Shown here: positions 8,784 through 17,404 of the stretch, one piece after another
Numbering within the stretch: position 1 is the first letter of the stretch
Layout: every line of letters begins with the position of its first letter
NCBI GenBank assembly: GCA_025361205.1
Contig: JANYAS010000079.1
Location: 488-64,487, forward strand
Length of the DNA: 64,000 nt
DNA from: Holophagaceae bacterium
GTDB lineage: Bacteria > Acidobacteriota > Holophagae > Holophagales > Holophagaceae
Direction: 5' to 3'
Notes under the pieces: model-generated
Told to the model about the DNA's origin: nothing
The model's database searches: none
Seen by the model: only the letters and a program-made list of their open reading frames with translations
Made by a program: the position numbers and the translations under genes

Positions 8784-9575
8784 ATGACGCAGTCCTTGGC
8801 TGGCAAGGTGGCGCTGGTGACCGCGGCCAGTCGGGGCCTGGGGCGGGCCTCGGCGGAGGCCCTGGCCAGGGCCGGCTGTGACCTGGTGATCTGCAGCCGC
8901 GACCGGGCCTCAGTGGACCGCGCCGCGGAGGAGATTCGCCGCGCCACTGGGCGGGCGGTGCTCTCGGTAGTGGCAGACCTCAGTGACGCCGAGGCGATTC
9001 AGAAGGTGCTGGATGCCGCCATGGTGGCCCATGGCCACGTGGACGTGCTGGTGTCCAACACAGGCGGGCCCCAACCTGGGCCCTTCATGGGCTTTGACGA
9101 TACTGCCTGGCAGGGGGCCTTCGATGCCCTGCTCATGCCCGCCGTGCGCCTGGCTCGGGGCGTGGTGCCCGGCATGCAGGCCCAGGGCTGGGGGCGCATC
9201 CTGTTCATCACTTCCAGCGCCGTAAAACAACCCATCCCCGCGCTGGTGCTTTCGAATTCCTTGCGCGCCGCCGTGACCGCCATGGCCAAGACCCTGGCGG
9301 GCCACGTGGCGAAGGATGGCATCACCGTGAACTGCGTGGCCCCGGGCCGCATCCTCACGGACCGCGTTCGGTTCCTCGATGGCGAGGCCGCCAAGGCCAG
9401 CGGCCGCCCCTTGGAAGACCTTCAGGCGGAACTGGCCACTCGAATTCCCGTGGGGCGCTATGGTGAACCACGCGAGTTCGGCGAGGCCGTGGCCTTCCTC
9501 GCCAGTCCCGGCGCCGCCTACATCACCGGCAGCACGCTGGCGGTGGATGGCGGGGCGATCGGCTCGCTGCTGTAG
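8784..9575 (+). CDS. SDR family oxidoreductase (FabG-like)
   Basis: VALVTAASRGLG, LVSNTGGP, LSNSLRA, ITVNCVAPG. Confidence 0.9.
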   Translation: MTQSLAGKVALVTAASRGLGRASAEALARAGCDLVICSRDRASVDRAAEEIRRATGRAVLSVVADLSDAEAIQKVLDAAMVAHGHVDVLVSNTGGPQPGPFMGFDDTAWQGAFDALLMPAVRLARGVVPGMQAQGWGRILFITSSAVKQPIPALVLSNSLRAAVTAMAKTLAGHVAKDGITVNCVAPGRILTDRVRFLDGEAAKASGRPLEDLQAELATRIPVGRYGEPREFGEAVAFLASPGAAYITGSTLAVDGGAIGSLL

Positions 9576-9587
9576 GCTGCCTGGTTG

Positions 9588-10970
9588 CTAGAGGCTCTTG
9601 ATGGCCGCGATCTCCTGGGGGTTCAGGAAGCGCCAGGTGCCGGGCTTGAGTAAGGGATCGGCCAGGGGCCCGAACTGCACGCGACGCAGCTTGCTGACGG
9701 GATGGCCCACCGCGGCGAACATGCGGCGGATCTGCAGGTTCTTGCCCTCGGTGAGGGTTACCTTCAGCCAGGGGTTGTCGCCCTTTTCCGCGACTTCGAC
9801 ATGGCAGGGTTTCAGGCGTCGCCCGCTGAGGATGAAGCCTTCCTGAAACTCCTTGATCAACTCCGGGCTGGGGTTGCGATGCACCTTCACCAGGTAGACC
9901 TTGGGGATCTCGTGCTCGGGGCCCATGAGCACCTGAGCCAGGGCACCGTCGTTGGTCATGAGCAGCAGGCCCTCGGAGTTGAAGTCGAGGCGGCCCACGG
10001 GGTAGATGCGGGCGGGCACGTCATGCAGGAGGGCCATCACCGTGGGCCGGCCCCGGTCGTCCTTCACGGTGGTGACGTAGCCCTTGGGCTTGTTCATGAG
10101 GATGTAGACCGGCGCTTCGCGTTCGATGGGCTCGAAGTTCACGGTGATCTCATCCTTGCGCGGATCAGCGAGGGTGCCCAGTTCGGTGACGGTCACGCCG
10201 TTCACCTGCACGCGACCGGAGAGGATGATCTCCTCGCAGGCCCGGCGGCTGGCCACGCCCGCGGCGGCGAGAATCTTCTGCAGGCGTTCCTGCCCGGCGC
10301 TCTTGGTGCGGGGCGCGGACTTTTTGGGGGCGACGGCCTTCGGAACGGCGACCGGCTTCCCGGCCGAACGGGGTCGCAGGGGGGTGCTGGCAGCCGGGCG
10401 GGCACCCGGGCGTCTCACGGGACGGACGGTGACGTCCGCGTCCGGACGGGGGCCCGAGCGCCGCACGGGGCGGACCATGGCATCCGCCGCGGGACGGGAG
10501 CCAGCGGGTCGCGCAGGGCGGGCCGTAGCATCCGACGTTGAGCGGGAGCGGGAACGCTCCACCTGGCCGGAGGAAGGGGCCGAAGCCTCACGCAGACTCA
10601 GGGGTCGCGCGGGGCGGGCAGGGGCGTCCGAAGTCGAGCGGGAAGTCGGTCGTCGGGTGGGACGGTCGCTGGCCTCCCCCGTCCGGCGGGGACGGGAGCG
10701 TTCCACGGGACGGGCGGAGGGGGCCGAGGTCTCGCGCAGACTCAGGGGTCGCGCGGGGCGGGCGGGGGCATCCGGGGTGGTGCGGGAGCCGGGGCGTCGC
10801 GCCGGCGGGCGTTCGGTCGCGTCCGGAGCCGTGCGAGTGTCTGAGCGTCGTGCCGGGCGGGCCGGGGCGTCTGCATCCCGGCGGGTCCTGGGGCGTCCAG
10901 CAGGACTGGCGGCCGAGGTCTTCTTCGGGGCGGGCACGGTTCTCGACCCCTTAGGGGTGAACTTTCGCAT
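9588..10970 (-). CDS. rluB: 23S rRNA pseudouridine synthase (RluB-type) with ~220-aa repetitive N-terminal extension
   Basis: S4 domain ERLQKILAAAGVASRRACEE; catalytic YPVGRLDFNSEGLLL; LTEGKNLQIRRMF. Confidence 0.9.
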   Translation of the reverse strand: MRKFTPKGSRTVPAPKKTSAASPAGRPRTRRDADAPARPARRSDTRTAPDATERPPARRPGSRTTPDAPARPARPLSLRETSAPSARPVERSRPRRTGEASDRPTRRPTSRSTSDAPARPARPLSLREASAPSSGQVERSRSRSTSDATARPARPAGSRPAADAMVRPVRRSGPRPDADVTVRPVRRPGARPAASTPLRPRSAGKPVAVPKAVAPKKSAPRTKSAGQERLQKILAAAGVASRRACEEIILSGRVQVNGVTVTELGTLADPRKDEITVNFEPIEREAPVYILMNKPKGYVTTVKDDRGRPTVMALLHDVPARIYPVGRLDFNSEGLLLMTNDGALAQVLMGPEHEIPKVYLVKVHRNPSPELIKEFQEGFILSGRRLKPCHVEVAEKGDNPWLKVTLTEGKNLQIRRMFAAVGHPVSKLRRVQFGPLADPLLKPGTWRFLNPQEIAAIKSL

Positions 10971-11024
10971 GGCGTCTCCTTCGGCGTCTCCCGACGCGGA
11001 AGCCTCATTCTATCAGGTCACTTG

Positions 11025-11594
11025 TCAGGCCACCGGGGTTTGCGTGGCCCGCATGAAGTAGTGGATGCCCGACGCCAGCGCCAAGGTGGCCACCGCCCAG
11101 TACATCTCCGGCAGGAGGGGGTCCATCCAGGGCCGGTAGCCGATGGCGTTGAACAGCAGCCCGAGGGAAATGGCGATCAATTGCATGGCCGTGCTGAGTT
11201 TCCCGAGGAGGCTCGGGCGGAACTTGGCGTTGGTCATGTGATCGGCCGACGCGATGGAATAGAAAGAGATCACCAGGTCCCTCATGACGGCCAGGATGGC
11301 CACCCACACCGGGATGGGGGCGGTCATGCCCTCGGTGCGCCAGGCCATGAGGACGAAGGCCGTGGTCATCAGCAGTTTGTCAGCGGCGGGATCCAGGATG
11401 GCGCCCAGGTCTGAGCTCTGATTGAAGGTCCTGGCGATGAGGCCGTCCAGCAGGTCGGTGAACCCGGCGGCGGCGAACAGGATGCACGCCTGCCAGTGGT
11501 GGCCGTACCAGAGCGCGATGGCGAAAAAGGGGATTGCCAGGATCCGCAGCAGGGTCAGTGCGTTGGGGAGGGTGAGTTGGCTGGATGGATGCAT
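11025..11594 (-). CDS. CDP-alcohol phosphatidyltransferase (PgsA/cardiolipin synthase type)
   Basis: LPNALTLLRI; DLLDGLIAR...LGAILDPAADK signature. Confidence 0.9.
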   Translation of the reverse strand: MHPSSQLTLPNALTLLRILAIPFFAIALWYGHHWQACILFAAAGFTDLLDGLIARTFNQSSDLGAILDPAADKLLMTTAFVLMAWRTEGMTAPIPVWVAILAVMRDLVISFYSIASADHMTNAKFRPSLLGKLSTAMQLIAISLGLLFNAIGYRPWMDPLLPEMYWAVATLALASGIHYFMRATQTPVA

Positions 11595-11675
11595 TTCCAC
11601 CAGTCTAGACGGAGATCACATCCTCCCGCCCGGGCCTTGTTGCATGCTGGGACTGAGCTACACTGAATGTCGGAG

Positions 11676-11692
11676 TTGAGACTATGACTCAA
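11676..11692. promoter_or_regulatory. Candidate Fur-type operator overlapping the feoA start codon
   Basis: Palindrome TTGAG-ACTATGA-CTCAA spanning ATG 11684. Confidence 0.45.
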
Positions 11693-11929
11693 AATCTATC
11701 GGTTCCTTTAAGTCTTCTCCAACCTGGAGATCAGGGAGAAGTTGTCCTGGTGAAGGCCCACGGGCATGTGCGCCAACGGCTGCTGGAAATGGGGTTCATC
11801 CGGGGGGCGCTGCTGCGGGTGGAAAAGCTCGCGCCGCTAGGCGACCCCATGGAACTGGTGATCAAGGGCTACCACCTGTCCCTGAGGCGGGAAGAGAGCT
11901 CCTGCATCCTTGTCCATCGGGTGGCCTGA
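11684..11929 (+). CDS. feoA: Ferrous iron transport protein A
   Basis: RQRLLEMGFIRG...KLAPLGDPMELVIKGYHLSLRREE. Confidence 0.93.
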   Translation: MTQNLSVPLSLLQPGDQGEVVLVKAHGHVRQRLLEMGFIRGALLRVEKLAPLGDPMELVIKGYHLSLRREESSCILVHRVA

Positions 11930-14100
11930 TGACCTTGACAGTCGCCCTGGCGGGCAATCCCAACTGCGGGAAAACCACGCTATTCAACGCCCTGACCGGG
12001 GCTCGGCATCATGTGGGCAACTGGCCCGGGGTCACGGTCGAGCGCCGCAGCGGGACCTTCGAACAGGATGGGCTCACGCTGGAGGTGGTGGATCTCCCGG
12101 GCACCTACTCGCTATCGGCCCGCAGTGAGGACGAGCGGGTGGCGGCGCAGTTTCTGGCCGCGCCCGAAGTGGACTTGGTCCTGAACGTGCTCGATGCCTC
12201 GAACCTGGAGCGCAACCTCTACCTCAGCACCCAACTGTTGGAGCTCGGCAAGCCCGTGGCCTATGTGCTGAATATGGTGGATGACGCGGAGAACCGCGGC
12301 GTCCGCATCGACGTGCCGGCCATGGAACTGCTGCTGGGCGGCCCGGTCATCCCTACGGTGGGAAACCGGGAGCAGGGCATCTCGGAGCTGAAGACGCTCT
12401 TGGCGGCCTTGGCCCGCGGTGAAACAGGCCGGCACCGGCAGGTCACCGTGGACTACGGCCACGACATCGAAGGCGAACTGAAAAAAATCGAGACCGAGAT
12501 CGGCCGGGACGAGCGGCTGAAGGCGGCCCTGCCGCCCCGGTGGCTGGCCCTGCAGCTGCTGGAGAACAATGCCGAGGCGAAGCGCAGGATGGTCGAAAGC
12601 CATGCCAGCGAGGCGATCGGACAGCAATTGTCAAAAAGTTTTGCCTTCCTCGAGCCGCACCTGGGCGCCGACGGCGCCACGCTGGTGGCCGAGCGCAGGT
12701 ACGGGTTCGCCCACGGCCTCGTGAAGGAGGTGGCCACCGCCGCGGACGATAAGCGGACCCCCACCTCCCGCCTCGACGCGATCCTCACGCACCGGCTCCT
12801 GGGCATCCCGATCTTCGTGGGTGTGTTGGCCCTGATGTACTCCCTCTCTTTCATCCTCGGGAAGATTCCCCAGGACTGGATCGCGGAGGGGTTCAAGGCC
12901 CTGTCCGGGTTTGCCGCGGCCCGCCTGCCGGCCGGCGAGCTCACCAGCCTACTGGTGGACGGGGTCATTCCCGGAGTGAGCGCCGTGATCGTTTTCATGC
13001 CCGTGATCATGATCCTCATGGGCTGCATCGCGTTCTTGGAGGACACCGGTTACATGGCCCGGGCGGCCTTCATCATGGATCGCCTGATGCACGTCATGGG
13101 CCTCCACGGGAAAAGCTTCATTCCCCTCATCATGGGCAGCGGTTGCAACGTGCCGGCCATCCAGGCGGCCCGCACCATCGAGAACCGCCAGGACCGTCTC
13201 ATCACCATCCTCGTGACGCCGCTGGTGAGCTGCTCGGCGCGCCTGCAGATCTACATCGTCATCGCCGGCACCTTCTTCACCCCCGTCAAGGCCGCCCTCG
13301 CCATCATCGCCATGCACTTCCTGGGCCTGGGGCTGGCGGTGCTCATGGGCCGCCTGCTGCGCAGCGCCCTGTTTTCCGGGCCCAGCACACCCTTCGTCAT
13401 GGAGCTGCCGCCCTACCGCCTGCCGGTGCTGAAGGCCACGCTCATCCACATGTGGGAGAAGGGCTCCATCTTCCTCACCCGCGCGGGCACAACCATCTTT
13501 GCAGGTGCCACACTGGTGTGGTTCTTGTCCCGCTATCCGGGCATCGCCAACCGCCAGTGGACGCTGGAATACCAGCAGCAGCGCCAGGCGGTGGCAGGGC
13601 TGAGCCTGCCTGCCGCCGAGTCGGAGGAGCGCCTGCGGGCCCTGCAACTGGCCCACGAAAGCCGCATCGTGAACACCAGCCTGGCTGCGCGCTTGGGGCA
13701 GAAAGTGGAGCCGATATTGCGGCCCATCCTCGATCCGGACCACAAACGCCCCGAGGCCTGGAAGGATGTCATTGCCCTCACCGCAGGCTTTGTGGCCAAG
13801 GAGATCGTGGTCTCCACCATGGCTGTCATCCATCAGGCCAGCGAGGAACCCAAGGAAGGCGAGCGCCTCAGCCCGCTGCAGGTGGCCCTCCGGGACGGCT
13901 CGGGCCTGAGCCCCCTCACGGCCCTGGCCTTCATGATCTTCACACTCATCTATACGCCCTGCCTGGGTACCCTTGCCATGATCCGGCGGGAGGCGGGCAG
14001 TTGGGGTTGGGCGGGGTTCACCGTCGTCTACGGCTTGGCCCTCGGCTGGGGCCTGGCTTGGGCCACCGTGGTGACCGGCCGCTGGATGGGGTTCGCATGA
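11929..14100 (+). CDS. feoB: Ferrous iron transport protein B
   Basis: GNPNCGKTTLFNALTG, NWPGVTVE, DLPGTYSL, MELPPYRLP, YTPCLGT. Confidence 0.97.
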   Translation: MTLTVALAGNPNCGKTTLFNALTGARHHVGNWPGVTVERRSGTFEQDGLTLEVVDLPGTYSLSARSEDERVAAQFLAAPEVDLVLNVLDASNLERNLYLSTQLLELGKPVAYVLNMVDDAENRGVRIDVPAMELLLGGPVIPTVGNREQGISELKTLLAALARGETGRHRQVTVDYGHDIEGELKKIETEIGRDERLKAALPPRWLALQLLENNAEAKRRMVESHASEAIGQQLSKSFAFLEPHLGADGATLVAERRYGFAHGLVKEVATAADDKRTPTSRLDAILTHRLLGIPIFVGVLALMYSLSFILGKIPQDWIAEGFKALSGFAAARLPAGELTSLLVDGVIPGVSAVIVFMPVIMILMGCIAFLEDTGYMARAAFIMDRLMHVMGLHGKSFIPLIMGSGCNVPAIQAARTIENRQDRLITILVTPLVSCSARLQIYIVIAGTFFTPVKAALAIIAMHFLGLGLAVLMGRLLRSALFSGPSTPFVMELPPYRLPVLKATLIHMWEKGSIFLTRAGTTIFAGATLVWFLSRYPGIANRQWTLEYQQQRQAVAGLSLPAAESEERLRALQLAHESRIVNTSLAARLGQKVEPILRPILDPDHKRPEAWKDVIALTAGFVAKEIVVSTMAVIHQASEEPKEGERLSPLQVALRDGSGLSPLTALAFMIFTLIYTPCLGTLAMIRREAGSWGWAGFTVVYGLALGWGLAWATVVTGRWMGFA

Positions 14101-14279
14101 GCCTCCAGTTCATCGCCGTCCTCGCCCTGGCAGGCGCCGCAGCCCTTTGGTTCCTGCGGGGGATCCTCCAGGAATTCCAGCCAGAGGAGGCGAAGGACTG
14201 CGCCTCCGGAGGGGGATCCTGCGGAGGTTGCCCCTTTCAAGCCCCGGTCCACCAGGGCAGTGGACCCCTCGGGAAGTAG
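14097..14279 (+). CDS. Small FeoB-associated Cys-rich membrane protein (60 aa)
   Basis: ATGA overlap with the feoB stop; MSLQFIAVLALAGAAALWFL TM helix then CASGGGSCGGC. Confidence 0.75.
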   Translation: MSLQFIAVLALAGAAALWFLRGILQEFQPEEAKDCASGGGSCGGCPFQAPVHQGSGPLGK

Positions 14280-14372
14280 ATTATCCTCAGGAACCTGCGG
14301 GGGAAGTCCGCCCCCACTGATTGACAACGCCCTCGGCTGGGTCGACATTCAGCGCATTCTCGGCTGATCCCG

Positions 14373-14623
14373 GGGGAAGAGGTTCATTTCAAGGCGGGCG
14401 AGGTGGTGGAGAAGAATTTCGGCACCTACGAGATCCCCCGCTTCTCCTGGCTCCCCAAGCTTGACCTGATCCTCGTCGACAACCCGGACGTGCCCGCCCA
14501 GGGCGGCGGCGAGCCCCCATTCCCGTCATGGGTGCACTCCTCGCCAACGCCATCCATGATGCTCTGGGCGTGCGGCTGTTCCAACTCCCCATGACCCCTG
14601 ATACGGATTCGCATTCAAAATAA
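14373..14623 (+). pseudogene. 3' remnant of a xanthine-dehydrogenase-family molybdopterin-binding subunit
   Basis: GEEVHFKAGEVVEKNFGTYEIPRFSWLPKLDLILVDNPDVPAQGGGEP, then a frameshift to IPVMGALLANAIHDALGVRLFQLPMTP; no N-terminal part. Confidence 0.75.
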
Positions 14624-14626
14624 GGA

Positions 14627-14751
14627 TCACCACCAAGACACCAGTAATCATTTCGCCTCGTGTATCGCCGCAGGCGATACCGAGAGGGCACCAAGAAAAG
14701 CAGAAGCCAATACTCAGGCAGTTCTTGGTGCCCTTGGTGCCTTGGTGGTGA
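14627..14751. repeat. Nested inverted repeats (CACCAAG-type cruciform)
   Basis: TCACCACCAAGACACCA (14627) vs TGGTGCCTTGGTGGTGA (14735); AGGGCACCAAGAA (14685) vs TTCTTGGTGCCCT (14722); GTATCGCC-GCA-GGCGATAC. Confidence 0.7.
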
Positions 14752-14811
14752 AGTTGCCTTTTCTTTCGTCCTGAACGCTCGTTGGTATGAGCGGATCATG
14801 GCGCCGCTGAA

Positions 14812-14848
14812 CAAGAAACGGCCCCGGTCTTGAGAGACCGGGGCCGTT
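14812..14848 (-). terminator. Intrinsic terminator downstream of HU gene
   Basis: AACGGCCCCGGTCTC-TCAA-GACCGGGGCCGTT stem followed by TTCTTG on the minus strand. Confidence 0.7.
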
Positions 14849-14869
14849 CCTGTCTTCAGATACGGGGTG

Positions 14870-15187
14870 CTACTTCTTCGCGACCTTTTTGGCGGGCTTG
14901 GCCTTGGCCTTCGCCTTGGCAGCGGCCTTCGAGGGCTTGAAGCCCACGCTCTTCGAGGCGGCGATCTTGATGGCAGCGCCGGTCTGGGGATTGCGACCGG
15001 TGCGGGCCGCACGGGACTTCTGGACGAAGGTGCCGAACTGGAAGATGGCGACCTTGTTGCCCTTGCCCACGGTGGCGTTGATGGAAGCGAAGGTCTCGCC
15101 GAGGGCCTCGTAGGCCGCGGACTTGGTGACGTTGAGCTTCGCTGCCAGCTGGTCAGCGAGATCACGGAGAGAAATAGAATCGGCCAA
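14870..15187 (-). CDS. hup: HU family DNA-binding protein with Lys/Ala-rich tail
   Basis: FGTFVQKSRAARTGRNPQTGAAIKIAASKSVGFKPSK; TTG start behind GGAGG. Confidence 0.93.
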   Translation of the reverse strand: MADSISLRDLADQLAAKLNVTKSAAYEALGETFASINATVGKGNKVAIFQFGTFVQKSRAARTGRNPQTGAAIKIAASKSVGFKPSKAAAKAKAKAKPAKKVAKK

Positions 15188-15273
15188 GGTGGCCTCCTTG
15201 AAAGTAGCGCCATCGGGCGCTGTGAGTTGTCTACTGCCGGAACGATGGAGTCGTTGAATCGCAGCCCACTGTC

Positions 15274-15765
15274 TCAGAGTTTTTCTTTTTGGTCTGCATA
15301 TTTTGTAAGAATCTCGTTTGCCAGGGCAGCCTTGATCCCCAGTAGCGCAGCGGCCTGGGTCATGCTCCTGCCGGTTTCGATGGCCCCTTGGATGAAATCC
15401 CGCCGGGCGGCCAGGAGGGTTCCGGGCGTGTGGCCGTCCCCTTGGCCGTCTTCCGCCAGGAGGGCCCGGAACAGCGTCCGCTGCAGGATTGGCCCCAGAT
15501 CCGGCTGATTAACCTCCGAAGCCCTCCTGGGGGTTCCCAGGGGGCGGATGACCCCGTCCTCCTGGCTGATGAGGCCCCGGAGCTGGAGCTTCAGGAGGCG
15601 GCCGTACAAACGCCGGGCCAAACGACCCTTGGCGCCCCGGTGGGACTTGGGGGACACCAGGAGCACCGAAAAGTGATCGAGCAGGGCCCTTCGGGCGACG
15701 CCATCGGCATAGGTCTCCTCGAGCACCGCCCGAATCCAAGCTCCGCTCAGTCGTCCGACCGCCAT
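15274..15765 (-). CDS. Hypothetical protein, possible helix-turn-helix
   Basis: ATG with GGGAGG RBS; C-term GRSMTQAAALLGIKAALANEIL resembles an HTH. Confidence 0.55.
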   Translation of the reverse strand: MAVGRLSGAWIRAVLEETYADGVARRALLDHFSVLLVSPKSHRGAKGRLARRLYGRLLKLQLRGLISQEDGVIRPLGTPRRASEVNQPDLGPILQRTLFRALLAEDGQGDGHTPGTLLAARRDFIQGAIETGRSMTQAAALLGIKAALANEILTKYADQKEKL

Positions 15766-15807
15766 GGTTGCCTCCCGACGCGTGTGCGGCCGGCGGGCGT
15801 TCCCGAA

Positions 15808-16230
15808 TCACTTCGCCTGCAGGGTCTCGATGTACTTGACCAGGTTGTGGACGCGGATGTTGGTCGCGCCTTCACTCCGGCTGTCGATGGAACGGAAGAC
15901 CGGCCCCCACACGGGCATGTCCGCAGTCCCATGGGCCCGGCTGGTGGACGCGCCCCGGATGCTCTCGGAGATGCGCACGCCCGGGAACTCGCCCTGGTTC
16001 TGCCTGGTGAGAATCGTCAAGTCCGGGACCGGGGCCTTCAAGGACGGGGCCACCGTGCCGTCGCCGAGACCTTTGAGGCCATGACAGCTGGCGCAGTAGG
16101 CCTGGTAGACCTTTTCGCCGGAGGTGGGCAGGGTGTAGGCTGCGGGAACATTCTTGACGGCGGGCTGCTGGGCCATCGCTGGCAGGGAGACGGCGGCGAT
16201 GAGGGCTGACAACCAGGAGGAACGGACCAT
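15808..16230 (-). CDS. Monoheme c-type cytochrome, exported
   Basis: Signal peptide, CASCH heme motif, HGTADMPVWG distal Met. Confidence 0.9.
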   Translation of the reverse strand: MVRSSWLSALIAAVSLPAMAQQPAVKNVPAAYTLPTSGEKVYQAYCASCHGLKGLGDGTVAPSLKAPVPDLTILTRQNQGEFPGVRISESIRGASTSRAHGTADMPVWGPVFRSIDSRSEGATNIRVHNLVKYIETLQAK

Positions 16231-16412
16231 TTCGGACTCCTTCAAGGGTGGGAAGGCAGCGGCCTGGGGCAAGCGGCGCTGGAGGGGGGCAGAGCGAGTG
16301 GTGCCGCGGCGCATCGGTCAATCCCGCCCACAGCCATCAATATGAATGATACATAGGGCATCCTTCAATGATTTCAGTCAGAATTCCCTGGGCCCAGAAC
16401 GTTGGGCGCGAG

Positions 16413-17303
16413 CTACAATCCCCGCGCCCACTCCGGCCGGAGCGGCACCTGGCCGGCGAGCGCCGCGTCGATGGCGGCGAGAATCGCCGCTCGGTCCCGC
16501 GGCAGGCGGCCCCCGATGGGCAGATAGTTCGAGGCATGGTTGGAGCGGAAGATGGCGGCGCTGGGGTGGGCTTCCTCGATGAACCAACGCAGTTCGGTGA
16601 GCAGTTCGGGGACTTCGGGAAGTTCGAAGCGCCCCTGGTGCTCGAGTTTCGAGAGGGGCGTGCCCGGGATGACCGTCAGGGTCAGGGTCGAGAGGAAGCG
16701 GGGATCCATGGCCGTGGCGAGGTGGCCGGAGGCGCGTGCGTGCGCCTCGCTGCGCTCGCGTCCCCCGGCGCCCAGCAGGAAGATCAGGGACTGCTCCAGG
16801 CCTGCCTCCCGGGCTTTGCGGGCGGCCTCAACATGCTCGGCCGCGCTGGCCCCCTTCGCGATGCGCCGGAGTGTCGGGTCATCCCCGGATTCGGGGCCGA
16901 TGTAGAGCAGGGAAAGGCCCAGCTCCCTCAGGCGGCGCAGTTCGTCCGGCGACTTTTCGAGCAGGTTGCGCGCGGTGGCATAGGTGCTGACGCGCCGAAG
17001 GCGGGGGAAAGAAGCCGTCAAGGCGAGCAGGATGGGCTCCCACTGGCCGAGGTCCATGCCCAGCGGATCGCCGTCGGCCACAAAGACGTGCCGCACCCCT
17101 TCCGCAAATCGGGCGCGGGCTTCGGAAATGTCGGCCAGGACGTCATGGAGGGGCCGCACCTGGTAGCGCTTGCCCCGGTACATGGCGCAGTAGGTGCAGG
17201 CATTCCAGGAGCAGCCCAGCGTCGCCTGCAGGATGAACGAATCGGCCTCGCTGGGCGGGCGGAAGAGGGGTTCGTGGTAGCGCACGAAGGCATTCTCCCG
17301 CAT
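16413..17303 (-). CDS. Radical SAM protein
   Basis: LFRPPSEADS..LQATLGCSWNACTYCAMY; YIGPESGDD; start ATG 17303 or GTG 17285. Confidence 0.9.
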   Translation of the reverse strand: MRENAFVRYHEPLFRPPSEADSFILQATLGCSWNACTYCAMYRGKRYQVRPLHDVLADISEARARFAEGVRHVFVADGDPLGMDLGQWEPILLALTASFPRLRRVSTYATARNLLEKSPDELRRLRELGLSLLYIGPESGDDPTLRRIAKGASAAEHVEAARKAREAGLEQSLIFLLGAGGRERSEAHARASGHLATAMDPRFLSTLTLTVIPGTPLSKLEHQGRFELPEVPELLTELRWFIEEAHPSAAIFRSNHASNYLPIGGRLPRDRAAILAAIDAALAGQVPLRPEWARGL

Positions 17304-17404
17304 TGGGCCCGATCCTGGGGCACGGAATCCATGACCATGCCCTCTGCGTTCGCAGCACACTCAGGGAAGGAATCGGTCCTGCGAACAAACACATGAGGTG
17401 TCCC

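Noticed and set aside
17180-17220. CX4CX2C spacing in the radical SAM motif
   Set aside because: This spacing is common in this subfamily; not novel.
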